Made by a program: the position numbers and the translations under genes
Assembly (NCBI RefSeq): GCF_018350175.1
Contig: NC_058383.1
Span: forward strand, 18,538,001 to 18,602,000
Reading direction: 5' to 3'
Length of the DNA stretch: 64,000 nt
DNA from: Felis catus
Taxonomy: Eukaryota
Shown here: positions 12,050 to 26,000 of the stretch, in pieces
Position numbering within the stretch: the stretch's first letter is position 1
Layout: every line of letters starts with the position of its first letter
The notes under the pieces: model-generated
What the model was told of the DNA's origin: nothing
The model's input: only the letters and a program-made list of their open reading frames with translations
Database searches by the model: none

Positions 12050-15000
12050 TCACTTTTTCTTGGGCTCCTTACAAGCCACCACGTACCTCTGGGCCACATT
12101 GAGGGGAGGGGAGTAACCATCCGCATAGGAGGTGTCTTCAAACAGGACTGAATAGTCATCCTGGGGCTGCAGTAGGGGGCAGACAGGAGGGGCTGGTCAG
12201 AGACCCCCAGACGAGGCCCTGTGCCGAGAATGAGCAGAACCTCTGGGGCTCCCAGCCTCTCCTGTCCCCAACCTTGCTCAAAAAGTCTAGATGTTTGAAC
12301 CTAATCCCTGCTAGGACGGAGTTCTTTTCTCAGCAACAAAGAGCAAGCAGGAGGGAGACTTACTGTCTATATGGGGAGATCCTACATAGAGGATCTGGTG
12401 CCTTTTGAGGACCCTCTGTTAAGGGGATCAAGAAAAACCCAGAGGGCAGCAGGCAGGAATCCTGGAGGAAGAGGGGAGAAGGGCCTTTCCCCCACCATGA
12501 GGTGAAGGGTGACCAGCGTGAGGGAGCGCAGCCGGGGACGGAGAAAGGGCCCCGGCACGGGCCTTCCCATCTCAGGGCTGCCTGTCGAAATGCGCAGGTG
12601 AGGTGAGACTAGGGGACTCGTGGGTCACATTCCACTCAGGGCCTGCTGGGACTCTGAAGGTGGGAGAGGGGTTGGATGGCACTGCCGTAGGGGGCAGGGC
12701 CGGAGGGCAGCTGCGGGGAAGTGTGAGCAGGAGACAGGGCAACGCACGGGACCCTCCTAGCTCAGAGAGGCTGGAGGAGGTGGTCAGGAGGGGAGGGAGG
12801 TGGACGGTGACCCCATGACCCATGGGGTCAGCCCAGTCGTCGTGTCCTGTGCGGTCTCTCCCGTGGGGGCTGCTTACCCGTTGTGGGGGCGTGTGGATCA
12901 GGGCACGGTAGAAGCAGGTGGTCTGGGGATACAGGGCCAGTACGAGCTGCTCCTTCTGAAATAAGGCTTCAGGGTCCGTCTCGGGGTTGGCCTTCCACTG
13001 GGGCAGTGGGATGATGCGCCGCCGGCTCAGGGTATGTCTCCTGGGGGATGGGGGGGCTTAGGTCAACCCGCGGCCAGGCGGGGGTTCCTTCCCAGCAGCT
13101 TCCATGGTCCCGCCCTGACCAGCACACTCACTCTTTGCCTTCTTCGTCGATGTCATCTACCTCATACCTGGCGAACAAAAGGAAAACGGTGGATGCAGGG
13201 AGGTGCGCTGAGTCGGGGAGCCACGAGCGGGGCAGGGAAGGGCCCAAGGAGCCTGCTCCACACACCGTCCCCGTCCCCACAGGCACCCCGAGGGAAGCCC
13301 TTCTCCCATCCTGCACGTGGGGGAGGGGCAGCCGCACAGGTGTAACAGGAGCGCAGACGGNNNNNNNNNNNNNNNNNNNNNNNNNNNNNNNNNNNNNNNN
13401 NNNNNNNNNNNNNNNNNNNNNNNNNNNNNNNNNNNNNNNNNNNNNNNNNNNNNNNNNNNNNNNNNNNNNNNNNNNNNNNNNNNNNNNNTCGCCAGAGGCT
13501 GGAATGGCCCCACAGAGGGGCGGGGGCCTGAGGGTGGGACAAGGTGTTAGGTCCAGCCCCTCCCACTTATCAGCTCCCTCCACCCCGGGGCCTGCCCTCA
13601 CTTGTCACCAGGCTTCCCGATCCACAGGGGCAGGGTCATGGCCGACTGCTGCAGCAGGGTCATCAGCACCCCCCTGCGCATGGTCTTCCGAGGGGGCTCC
13701 GAGTCATTGTACAGGCCCGCGATCTTGGCCGCTGTGGGAAGGAAGCGAGCCCCTGAGGCACCGGGGACAGGGCGCCTCCCCCAGGCCCACCCGTGCACTG
13801 AGCTGCCAGTGGAGCTCGGCCCGGAACCCCAGCTCCCGCGTTAGCAGCAAGGGCCCAGATGGGATCCCGGCCCCTTCCGCCAGATGCCCGCGGAGAAACA
13901 CTTGCGGACTACTCTCACGGACCGGTGAGATGTCGGGTCAGGGGGGTCCCTTGGTGTGAAGGATGAAAGAGGGCAAAAAGGGGGGCTTCTGAGATGCTGG
14001 TCACATCAGATGTTCAGTCAGTGAAAATTTCACAGAGCTGTGTGTACAATTAGGTGTGCTTTTCTACTATTAGAATGTGCTGTTATTCCACATAAAGGTA
14101 AAAGAACTTTAGGTTCCTTAGTCAGACCCTTGACCTCCTTAGGCATGGCGCCACACACCCAGTCAACCTCACACGGACCCCGCTGGCGGTGTGACACGTT
14201 TGACGGGGGAGGCGACTGCCCGCTGTGGGCTCACGGTAAGAGAGGTGGGAGAGCCGGGGCGGCCTGAAGGGATCTGGAAGCCAGCACCTGTGTAAACTCC
14301 ATCCTAGAACGGCCCTCACAGAGCAGCCAGGGTTTACGACAGAAAGAAGTGCGAGTGGAGGTAGCGGGAAGGAGGCACCTGCCCAGGCCCAAGAGGAAGG
14401 GAGACGAGCACGGGTGGGGGGATGAAACCTTCCAGGTCTGCACAGGGACGCTGGGGAGCCCCTGCCTCTGAGCAGGGGAGAGTCTCCGTTCCCTCCCCAG
14501 ACCCGGGCTGCACAGATGCGCTCCCCCCATCGGAAGTCCACGGAACGAGCACACAGGGCTGAGGCTGCAGGGAGCCGTGGCTGCTGCTCTCAGAAGCCTC
14601 ACTCAGCCTGGTCAAGACGCATCTCCGACTCACCGATCCGCCTTTCCTCCAACAGAGACTTGATTTCTGCTATCTTATCTAGAGCTTTCCGGAGGATACT
14701 GAGGGTGGGGAGAAGGGAGAGAAGGCGTCAGGATGAAGCACAAAGCACAGACTTCCCTCTCTGCTTACAGCAGGCTGGGTAACTCAGATCAACCCTACTG
14801 CCAAAAACTATAAACCCTAAGTGCTTATTTATTTATTTTTTAATGTTTATTTTTGACAGAGAGAGAGGGAGGAGAGGAGAGGAGACAGAGTGTGAGTGGG
14901 GGAGGGGCAGAGAGAGAGGGAGACACAGAATCACAAGCAGGCTCCAGGCTCCGAGCTGTCAGCACAGAGCCCGACGCGGGGCTCGAACCCATGAACTGTG

Positions 15001-18000
15001 AGATCATGGACCTGAGCCAAAGACGGACGCTTAACCGACTGAGCCACCCAGGCACCCTATTTATTTGGTTTGGTTTGTTTATTTATTTTAATTTTAAGTA
15101 ATCTCTACACCCAACGTGGGTCGGGGGTCAAACCTCCAATCCCAAGATCGAGAGTCACATGTTCCACTGACTGAGCCAGCCAGGCACCCGTGTTTTTTTT
15201 AATTTTAAAAGCATAAAAGAACCAATAAGGTAGTGAGAGGAAGCAGGCCAAAGAATCCAAGAGAATTGCAGAGAGGCAAGCAAAGCAGAGAGAACTGCAT
15301 CTGACAAAGCCTGAAGAAAGCATGTTACAGGTCTGGCTGCTTTGAACAGTCTGGAGATTCGCAGGGTGGAAGTTAAGGCTCGGGGTCTGCCCACACTGGG
15401 ACGTGTAAAAGGAGACACTCCAGAGGATTGTGGGGAGTCCTCTCAGCTCAGAGCAGGGGTATGGGTAGAAGGAATCTGTCTCCGAAAGGCCACAGCCCCA
15501 GTAAACCTCTGGAGTTAACTTACGGGGTTCCAGAGTGGTTGGGGCCCAGGCAATCCAGCAGACTGAACACAGTTCTCGCTGGAGGAAGATTTCTTTATCC
15601 TAGATCTTGAGGACTCTTCCCCAAAAAGTATTTCAATAGGACTAAGCAGCACAGACTCCATTTTGGGTCATTTATTCTCCTCTCCCATAGCTATTCCTCT
15701 AGTAAACCTTTAGTAAATGCCCCTGTAGTTCTGAAGGCCTTCATTTAGCAGGAGGGAGACAAATAAGAACACAGCACGATACAGCCTCGCAGCTGTGTCC
15801 TGCTGGGTCCCAGGCTCTCGTGGAGCTTGTCAGGCAGATGGAGTGGGGCAGTCCAAAGCAGGGAGGGGTGGACATGTCACCTGATATGCCTGCAGCATCA
15901 CAGTTCAGCGCAGCAGGCACAGGACACAGGGAGGGCTCAGCCAGGGCCACTGCAGGCCGGGAGCACTGGGACACAGGGCAGTCAGGCCCCAGGACAGGAG
16001 GGGAGTAAAAGCCAGGAGGCCAAAGGGAACCTGGGAGTCTGACCATTGCTGCTGGGCCTGTCTGAAGAACACAGCTCTATGCAGTATGTCCTAAACTGTA
16101 CTCTGTGAGACATTAATGGAGTGGGTCTCAACCACATCAGAATCCCCTGGGGAGCTTTAAGAAAAAGAATCCCAATTGTTGTGAACAAGAACCATAAACA
16201 GATGCCAAAGCTAAGAGACAGCTTGACCTGGAATATTTACATAATCTCGATGATCTCCCATAAGAGACTTACTAACTACACAATGGAAAACGGCCATAAC
16301 CCTGGAAAAAAGTGGACGAGACCTCCTTCCTATGGAACAGGTCAAGACTAGAGCGCCACCTCTGGTCTGCAGCCTGGAACAACATCTACGCCGCAAGCGC
16401 CGGCAGCCAACGGTCAGCTGTCCAGGGCCCCGCACCTGGTGCGGAAAGACCGTCCTCAGACCACAAATCATTCTCTCCTCTGGGGACCTGCCATGGGAGG
16501 TCGTTCAGGCCCTTGGGAAGCTAACCCACACCTCTGCCTGCGCCAGCCGAGCCGGGGCTAAAACCATCTTCCCCACCCGGAACTCGGGGTGGTTGGAAGC
16601 CACTGTCTGTGGCCAAAGTATCACTGAGGACCCCATCCCTCCCACTCTTGCGGAAGGCCTTTTGCACTAAGGCTAGAAAATAATTTGTTCCTGCCTGGGA
16701 ATGGCTGCCTATTTCTGGAAAGTGAAATCTTTGATCTTGTTGCCCTCTGACCTCTGCAGCCAGTGTGCAACCTCAAGCCCTTTAAAAAAAAAAAAAAGAA
16801 AAAGAAATTGTTAAATGAAGACACAGGCACTTTTCCATTTTCTGCAAGCAGGAGGATGAAACCCAGCCGGGGGGCAGGAAAGAGCATGTGGAGGAAAGAG
16901 CAGCAGCATGTTAAGGAGTCAGCTAGCGGCGTGTCACGGGACTAACTCCTGACGCTGGCTCTTGGCGCCTCTTCAGTTTCCTGAGGGCTTTAATTAATCT
17001 GCTTGGAGATGTATGGGTGGAGGAGAGTGTCCCGGGAACACACCGTGACATGTGTTCCCCACCCAGACTCCCAGACTCAGAGCCTCCCACAGGCAGGGTG
17101 GCACTTCGCCCCCTCATGTGCTCCCGGGCCCAGCACGGCACCCGGTGCTGACAAGGACTCAGAGTCTAGTGAATAAATGTATGAACTTTTGACAGTCTGA
17201 AAAGTAAAGTGGCAGAACTGCAAGAGGCTGGGCCCTGAAATTAGGAAATAAGCTTCTAAGTGTTTAACTCCCAATGGGTCAATGGGAGAGAGGAGCCCAC
17301 ACCAGACTGGTTTCTGAAGCAGTCACTTTCCCAGCAGTTAAGCTTGGAAGGGCCATTTGCCTTTTACTCTCTAATGTGTGTGTCCCTCTAACTCATGCCA
17401 GCCCAACTCCAGTGCAGGTGAGCGGGAAAGGGCCTGACTATGGCCAGATGACAAACTTGCACATCAGGGAGAAGAGGCGGTGGGGAAGGGTGGGCTGGAA
17501 GGCCGGCTGGCGGTCAGAACGCTCCGTGCCTCCCCCTGGCCGGTGCCTCCCCCTGCCTAAGTCAGCCCCACCCTTTGTTCTCCTCCCCAGACCAGCACAG
17601 GGAGCCCAGCTGGTGCCTCTAAGCTAAAAAAAACCCTGGGATCTTCACCTTCCTCTGTCCCAAATGATTCCAATTTTATTTTTTTAAAAATGTTTTTATT
17701 TATTTTTGAGACACAGAGAGACAGAGCATGAGCAGGGGAGGTGCAGAGAGAGAGGGAGACACAGAATCCGAAGCAGGCCCCAGGCTGTGAGCTGTCAGCA
17801 CAGAGCCCGACGCAGGACTTGAACCCAGAAACCATGAGATCATGACCTGAGTTGAAGTCGGACGCCCAACCGACTGAGACACCCAGGCGCCCCTGATTCC
17901 CCCAATTTTGTTTCAGAATCTGCCCTTGAACCCACTCTTGCTTCTCCATCCCCACAGCCACTGTCTTGGCTCAATCCCATCACCACCTCTTGCCTGATCT

Positions 18001-18802
18001 CCTCACTGGCTCTGAATCTCACCCAGTCTACCGTCCACACAGCAGCCAGAGGTTTCTCTCCTTTTACATCCTCACTGGCTCCCTGTGGCCTCCAGGATAA
18101 AACCCAGTTCCTGGAAGCCCTCCACATGCTGCCTTGCCCTTCCCAGCCACACAGGACTGGTTTTCAGTCCCCCAGTGCACATGTCCAGCGAGCACTCTTC
18201 CACAGCCTCCACACACTGTCCCCTCTGCCGTGTCCACCTGCTGACCCCTACTTCAAGTCTCTCCTCCTCCCCGCGGCCATCCCAGGCCTGCAGGCACAGT
18301 GAGCCCACCTCTGCTGGCCCATCAACCACACTGTCCTGTAACTCTTTTCTTAGGGTGCCTCTCCTTTCCGGACTGTTTGCCCTTGAAGGCAGGGTCTTCG
18401 CTATCCTCGTGTCTCTATATGTGGATGGCCAGCACCAGACACAGGTGCCAGCAAAGGTTTGTAAAACAAAGATGACAGCAGGCGACGAGAATCTGGGACC
18501 ATGAGCACAAGGCAGTGTGCTCATGAAGAGCCTGACGGGAGGAGAGGAAGATCTGGAACCACTAGAAATGTTTAGGGTGCTGGCCATCACCACATGTGCA
18601 GGCCAGTATTTAAATGGAGCCCATAGCTCATTAGTGAGTTGTGAAATTAATTTCCTGGGTAACAACCAGCATTTAAAAAAAACAGAACAGAGGATACCTG
18701 GCTGGCTCAGCCGTAAGAGCATGCAACTCTCGATCTCTGGGTCATGAGCTTGAGCCCCACACAGTGGGTGTAGAGATTACTTAAAACAAAACAAAACAAA
18801 AC

Positions 18803-18856
<54 letters not shown>

Positions 18857-21800
18857 GACATAGTACAAACTATTTCTTGTTCCAATTCTATGATATATGT
18901 GCATATAAAATAAATGTGAAAAGACAATCATTAAACCATTCTAGCATGGTATCCAAGAATATGGACTTTGGGTCTAAAGTTGGGCTCCCCCACTTACTAG
19001 TTGTATGTCTTTTAGCAGATTATGGAACCCCTTGTGTCTTCGTTTCCTCATCTGTAAAATGGTGGCTCTGAGCATTGAGATAAATACATAAAGTACTTGG
19101 AATAATGCCTGGCACAGTAAGGCCAATAGGAGTCTTTATTAATATTATTAACATGATGATTATGTATTTAATATTATTATTATTAAGCCACAACAGAAAA
19201 TGTATTTCCTACCACAGGTAATGATCAGAAGTTTGAAAAACACTGGTCTTAGGCACTATATATACAACCGTCTCATATGCTGACAATTCTGTAGATGGTT
19301 ATTATCCCCATTGTAATGACGGAGCAACTGAATCTCGACGGAAGGGCCTGCTCAAAAGGTCACTGTGGCTGGTAAATGGCAGTGCTGGGGTCTGGTCCCC
19401 ACCTCATTGCCATCTATAAAACAGCAGGGCTATCGGGAAAGAGAGGTCCAAAAGTGGGTTCTAGGGAAGGCAGGCCCCCAGGGACAGCCTGGGGAGTGGG
19501 AATCTGCTTATCCGTGGCAGGAAAGGCGGCTGGGGCTGTGGTTTGTAGGCTTCTGGAGCCCAGCACACGGGCGGGGAAGGGGAGATGAGGGCAGGGCGGT
19601 GGGACAGTACTCACTTGCACTCCGCCTCCGCATCGGCCTTGGCGGTTGTATAGAGCCCACGCAGCTTTGTCCGGTAATAGGGAGAGACTGCAAAGTGAAC
19701 AGAGAAAGAGGCGTGGGCAAGGGGCAGCTGGTGGTCACGTGGCCCTGCTTCCAGTACACCCAAATCAGACTTCCGGAGGCTTACAGAGGCCACGGGCCAG
19801 GGTGTGAGCTTTACTGGGTCAGAAGTGCTCTCTGAGGCAGATGCCCATGTTCGACGAGTTCACATTTTCCTATGGTACAGATCACATCATTACATGTCAG
19901 GAGAGGACTTTCTAATCTCTGCCATCGCATGACAGAAAATACGTGTCAGCACAGAGGAAGACAGACAACTCTCAAAGCTGCTCAGGGTTGGAAAGCACCA
20001 ACCCAGGAGGCTGAGCATGAGGGCTGCTGGGGCATGTGCAGTGCACGGGAGGGAAGCTCTCTCTAGAAAACACCAGCCTACTGGGGATGCTTGTGTGCCC
20101 AAAGGGGTTCCCCTGGATGCAGCCTCATTTCACTGACGTCCCAGTCCCTAGAATTGGGAGATTTTAAGGCTCCTTAGTGCTAAGTCATCTGCTATCTGTT
20201 TCCTGGGTCACCATATATCACATAGCCTAAGGGAAAACTGTCCCTCTGGCTAAGGAGCGGTTCATTTTGGGTTGTGTAGGTACATGCAAAAATCCTGTCC
20301 AAATCCTGTCCGACACTAGTAACAGTCAGGTTCCCTGTCTCGGCCCACACCCCTTTCTCTTGTGAGCCCAGCTACTTACTCTTGTTCTCTGTCTGCATCC
20401 GCTCATGGGTCTTCTGGATGTTCACTAAGTTGTGTTCGCTCCGTGAACGCTCTTCCTGCAAGGGTGAGGTCAACAGGCATGAGGGAGGCCCTTTATCCTG
20501 CTGTGGCACCCCGCATCCCAGGCCAGAGGCCCCAGAAATATTTATACCGGCATCTCCTGACCCTTACTTTTCAGGTTACATCCCACTACAAAAGACTTCA
20601 TTTGGGAAGGAATTTCCGGGAACCGCTCCCTTCTGGGCCACATGACTGTGTGGTGCATGGCTCCCAGGAGATGGGTCCCTGTGTAACTATAAACCTGGAT
20701 GACCGAATGCTTGGAGAGGACCCTGATTATAATGGACCAAAGTATAGCAGCGGCACATCCAACAGGCCGTGCACAAACACACACCACTCTTATTTTTGTG
20801 AATGAAAAGATATCTTTTTAAATGGAAAAAAATGGCTTTCTGATAGGCTTAAAGCAGCAGGCATCACATGGTGGGTCCAAATTCCCCTGGGGAACCTTCT
20901 CGCCCTGAGGTGAAGAAGGTTTGGAGAGGCCATTTGATACATTCAGGCTAAAATACATCTACGTGTGGCCACCATACATCCAGTATAGGGCACCCAGCAT
21001 TTTGGAGTACGAAATAGGTCTCCTCACTTTACCCAGGCCAGTAGACAACAATGGCAACAAAATGCGTGCTGGAGAAAGTACACTGGCCCACAGACAGAAA
21101 AGGTTTTAGGGGAGACGGGTGCTAGTGTGCGCCTTATGGGACAATTGAATACACTTTTAAGGAGAAGTGGCATTCAGAGGAAGACTGATTAGTAAAACGA
21201 ACAGACTAAGGTGAGTTCTCTGGTAGGAGGAAGACAAGGAGTGTGTGTCCACCTGGAAAGATGAGGAGGAGTTAGTGTATTGGGCCAGGTCAATCCAACA
21301 GATAGTGCTGGATAATTCACGGACCCATGTGTTATTGGGAAAGGTTTGCCATCCTGCCCCTCAGGGCCTCTTGGCTATTTTAATCTAGACGGGGGCTGCG
21401 CAGCCATGGGGCAATGGCCCTCCATTCTAGCCACTGAGCTCCAAGGACACACCTAGGGGAAGCACGGCTTTCTAAACCTGTGGCGGCCCTTCTAGGGCAC
21501 CTGTACAGGGCTTTTATAATTTATACTGATGCACCATGACTACCTTGATCCAAGAACAGATCAAATTAGACATCCTGAGGTACAGCTGGCAGAGGTAGGG
21601 CTGTTACTTTGAGTATCGCTTAGGTCCTTTCCATAGGGAGGAGGTGAGCCCCGCTGTACAAGGGCACACAATGAAAACCAGTCTCTTTACAAGCCTGTGA
21701 GCTGCAATAGGGTGACTGGCTTTGTCACCAGAACCCAGAAATAACTGAATCGTGGCCAACCATAATAAAGCAAATATTGTAAAGTATACTTTTATTGTCC

Positions 21801-22934
21801 AGGACAATACCTAGTTAAGTACGATATCTAGTAAGTGGGCAAGGCCAATTCCGGTGCGAAGGCATAAGAAATAAGTCTATAATTCTTACTAACTTGTTCT
21901 ATAATGAAACTGAATTCTACCATGATCATAGTTCAACAGTGTACCACCCTGGTATCGCCAGTAAAACTCAACTGCCTTACGTAAAGAAGTCATATGATAA
22001 TTCTGGTACCAGTGCCCAAAGGAACAGTTCAACACAAACGTATTATAAGGCACAAACAGGAGTGGATGAAGGGGCGAAATGGGTAACCAAATTAGTATAA
22101 AAATATGAAAATGTATGTAATGGCTCAATAGGACAGGCTGTTTCTTGAAGTCTATCCCGACCCCACACCGGCTCCTCCAAATGTTAGGCATACTCGTGTT
22201 GACACTGCTGCTATAGCTGATGTAGAAATGCTGTATTAAATGTAGATGCTCCAATATCATTTCGCTCTAAGGGAGCCTAGGCCAAGGGCTGGGGACGGGG
22301 GGCTGTGCCGGAAAAGTTGAACTCAACAGGCCTGTGTTTTCAGATCCTGCACATTCCAAAAAAGTTTTGGCCCTTGACCAGCTCCTGGGAGAGAACTTCT
22401 GCCTGCACTCCTGGAATATCCTGCCCAGTAAGAGTATCTGTGTTCAGCTGAGATAAGAGGGTGGAGGGAAAAGAGGAATGGCCATAATGGGTACAGGGCA
22501 TTTTTGTCAGATGATGTCAACATCCTGAAATTGATCGTGGTGATGGTTGCACAACTCTGTAAATACACCAAAACCACTGGAATCGGACACTTGGAACTAG
22601 TGAACCAGATCTCAATATAGCCGTCATTAAACAGAAAGAATCACAAAATCCTGCCCCTGATAGAAAATCCAGCAGGAAGGGTAGTTATACCCCCACATTC
22701 TCGTTCTTAAAACGCATTCTTCACATCACCTGGGCTCCTGCACGTCCAATCTCTCTGAACACAACCCTCCCCACCCCCTACCCCCCACCCCCCACCCCCC
22801 GCCCCTGCCCCTGCCACTCACATGCTGCCCTCCAGGAGCCAAGGGCTGCAGCTTTTTACCTGGGTTTGTTTGATCAGCTGATGGAGCTCCGTGAGAAGTT
22901 CTGCAATGCGGGAATCAGCAGACACCAGGGCCAT
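12050..22934 (-). CDS. SGF29: SAGA complex associated factor 29 (tandem Tudor H3K4me3 reader), 9 coding exons, 293 aa expected
   Basis: Exons 22934-22860 (MALVSADSRIAELL..), 20455-20380, 19687-19615, 14698-14634, 13731-13602, 13527-into gap (KPPPLCGAIPASG..), 13167-13132, 13040-12878, 12166-12050 (PQDDYSVLFEDTSY..KEPKKK*). GT/AG boundaries; minus-strand AATAAA at 11976-11981. Confidence 0.95.
13361..13488. other. Assembly gap (128 N) covering most of SGF29 coding exon 6
   Basis: Run of N. Confidence 0.99.
18806..18854 (+). repeat. (AC)n microsatellite in a SINE tail
   Basis: About 24 perfect AC units following (AAAAC)n. Confidence 0.95.
20520..22455 (+). mobile_element. Decayed ERV 3' end: env remnant, polypurine tract and truncated MER77/MER21-like LTR, in SGF29 intron 2
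   Basis: RQKR at 21092-21103 followed by a fusion-peptide-like stretch; TM-like LLQMLGILVLTLLL*LM*KCCIKC at 22121-22270; PPT GGGGACGGGGGG 22291-22302; LTR start TGTGCCGGAAAAGTTGAACTCAACAGGCCTG at 22304. Family assignment is from memory of the consensus. Confidence 0.6.
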
Positions 22935-23029
22935 TGCATACGGGGTGCCTGGGGTGGAGAGGAATAGGAGAGAACCCTGTTAGTGGCTGTTACGGGTTCA
23001 TCGTGTCCTCCAAAAGGTATGTTGAAGCT

Positions 23030-26000
23030 CAGAATGTCAAATGATGACCTTGTACCAGAACATACTAAAACTACAGGAATTTCATATAATTTCTAGAACA
23101 GTTACAGCATTTACCCAAACAACATAACCTTTATCATCATCTCTGTGATACAACTTCCCAAGTAGCTTACCATACCAAATAAACCAGCCTAATCAGTCAA
23201 AAAGACTTTATTTAGAGTTTGAATCTTGGGAAGTTTCATGGTACATGCCTAAACAGGATCATAGATCACTATAAAACTCCATATTTAACTAACCAAGCTG
23301 ACAATAAGAGATCATTTCAATCTTAGTCATGATTACATACAAAGTTCTTTTCAAAGATTTGCCTTGACAAACCTTCTACAACTTTCTTTTTCACTCAGGC
23401 TTTGTCCTAAGCCTTCTCTCTCTAAATAAACAGTCTCATTTTAGGACAAAATTACTTTATTTTTCCTCTCAACAAAATGTATTCTCATTTCTTGTATCTT
23501 CCTAACACATTTCCCACTTTCCTACATACAGAGTTGAGTCTCTTGTTAAGCATGCTTTGTTGAAAGATTGTGCTATGGGAAAACATGTTTTTAGAAATTA
23601 TGAACTATATTCATAAATTTGCCAATCTAAAGAATTCTGGTATAGCAGACAGTTCACAATTGATTACTACTTCATGTTCACTGGAAACTAAGGCTTCTAA
23701 GTTAAAATTCTATTAAACATAATTAAGGCTGATGGAAATGATGAGGAAAGCAACCCTGTCAGTTTCTCCACAATAAGAAGCCAAAAACACAAACCTATGT
23801 TCAGAAAACAATGCTTTAGGTATTTTACCTTATTTAGAAAGGTTATGGATATCCAATGAATTCAATTTATCATTTAACTTAGCAAAACTTTAAAACTTTC
23901 AGGTTACTGGGGCACCTGGGTGGCTCAACCGGTGAAGCATCCAACTTTGGCTCAGGTCAGGATCTCATGGTTTATGAGTTTGAGCCCCACATTGGGGCTG
24001 ACAGCTTAGAGCCTGGAACCTGCTTTGGATTCTCTGACTCCCTCTCTCTCTGCCCCTCCCCTGCTTGCATGGGTACTCTCTCTCTCAAAAATAAATAAAC
24101 ATAAAAAAAAATTCATGCTACAAAAGATCTTGAAAGCCATTAAAAGTTTTACCTAGAAACCTTTTCATTTATTCAACCTACCTACTTGTTCATAACCATT
24201 ACCCATGAAAGCTTTATGAGACAGTTCATGAGATCAAGCCCCACCTCAGGCTCTGTGCTGACAGCACAAAGCCTGCTTGGGATCCTCTCTCTCTCAAAAT
24301 AAATAAACTTAAAAACAATAAACAAACTTAAATTGACTTTACATCAAAATATGTTGCACCTGTGCCCACTAAAAGTCAATCAATCTGCTCCACACCGTCC
24401 ATGTTACTTGGGGTACCTGTGGGGAAATCTGAGGGGTGGTTTAAGTCCAAGGGAACCGTTAGGCCCCTTCTTGCTGACCTGGGAGGTGTTTCAGTTTGAA
24501 CCTCAAAAGGAGGTGGCCCAACAGCTTGGAGTGCTCTCTGCTCCTTGACACTGAGAGTAGGACCAGAAACCACTGGTGCCACAGGCACTGAGGAGGGTGC
24601 AGGAGCCTGTTAGGTAAGCCTTGCCTAGGGTGGAGGGTGGTGCAGAAACAGGAGGAGAGGGAGGAGGAGGCAGAAGAGGCGAGGTGCTGCCTGCAAGGCT
24701 GGAGGCGATAAAAGCCCAAACAGAAGAAAGAGACTCCCGGTCACCAGACAGAAGAACAGATGAACATTTTCTTTCCCCCAACAAAATGTGAAAAAAGACA
24801 GTCTAGTCTGGCCAGACAATACAGGGAACCCCCTTGAAACAAAAGGAGTTTCAAAAGCTGCTTGGGAATATTCCTTAAAGTCCTCATCCTGAGGAAGACC
24901 TATAACAGACAATTGGCTCTGTTTATCACAGCCATTAACCTGGAGACGAAGGAGGGAGACGTCTCCACGTACAAGGATCAGGCGACATTCATCCAGGTCT
25001 CTCGAGACAGATTTCAGATCTGACACACAGAAGCAGCAGCAAAGAGGAGACGAGTAACTCAGGAAAAAGGGGAGGGGGGGGCTGTACAGGATCCTGGCAG
25101 CAACCTGTTTACAAAGAGACAAGGTGGGTGGGCACACAGAACAGGACAGAACACAGGCTTGTGGCAGATTAACAGAAGTACAAGGCCTAAGGCAGGTGAG
25201 CTGATGGTGGATTGAGGAGTGGACGAGGTGGGTGTTCTCAGGGCCCCTAAAAGAGCATGGACAGATCAGGGTTTGGGTACAGATCCGTAAAAGCCTGACC
25301 ATGTGGGATTTCGGTCCATTTTTCTAGTCAGACTTCTCCATTCTTTAGTTTATACTGAGGCCGACAATGTTACAAAGAAGCCGACGTGGGAAGGAAGCAT
25401 ACAAGGTGCCAGGGTCAAACTGGTTCTAGTTTCTCAAGATGCATCTCAAGGCGGGGTGGGATGGGATCAAGGATTTAGAGGAAAGAAAGTTGACAGTCTC
25501 CTGGGCTAGAGGCGTCCCTGCTGAACCCCAAGAGCGCCACCTTGGAGAGTCTGGGCCCTGGGACATCTCCCTGGAACCATCACACTATCATCCCTGATGC
25601 AGGTGGGCATCCCCAACCTGCTGCCCTCTTTGGCCTAGCGTGCCCCCCAAGAGGGAACCCCTGCCCATCCTTCCTTTCAATCAACATGCGTGTCGTTGGG
25701 AGAGACAGGAGAAGTCTCCCCTGTACTGAGATATAATCTGGCATACTGGAATTTTTTGTTTCCTTTTGAGGCCTTTCCCCAGGGAGATCAGAGAGAGCGA
25801 GCAGAACAAAGAGTGACTAAGCAACTGTCCAGCACAAGGAAGGTGAGAACCTCACCGATGAAGACGGTCACTCGACCTGTTGTTACCCTGTCCCTTCATG
25901 GCTGCCAAAGGTGTTGCCGTGTGAATTGGGGAGACCCCAATCCCTGGAGCCTTGACCCAGCCAGACCTAAAGCGGATGCTGAAGGTTCTTGGTCTTGTCT

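Noticed and set aside
13048-13959. 303-aa ORF and overlapping ORFs
   Set aside because: Antisense to SGF29 exons, GC-rich, and kept open artificially by the N-gap.
18072-18722. 216-aa minus-strand ORF
   Set aside because: Starts in a SINE and crosses L2-like repeat; no domain or coding signal.
20520-22270. Endogenous bornavirus/filovirus element or NUMT
   Set aside because: No recognisable nucleoprotein or mitochondrial motifs; the adjacent PPT and LTR point to a retroviral env remnant.
24625-25302. 225-aa ORF as an intact gag or novel gene
   Set aside because: Lies in a decayed ERV leader/internal region; no recognisable Gag motifs (MHR, CCHC).
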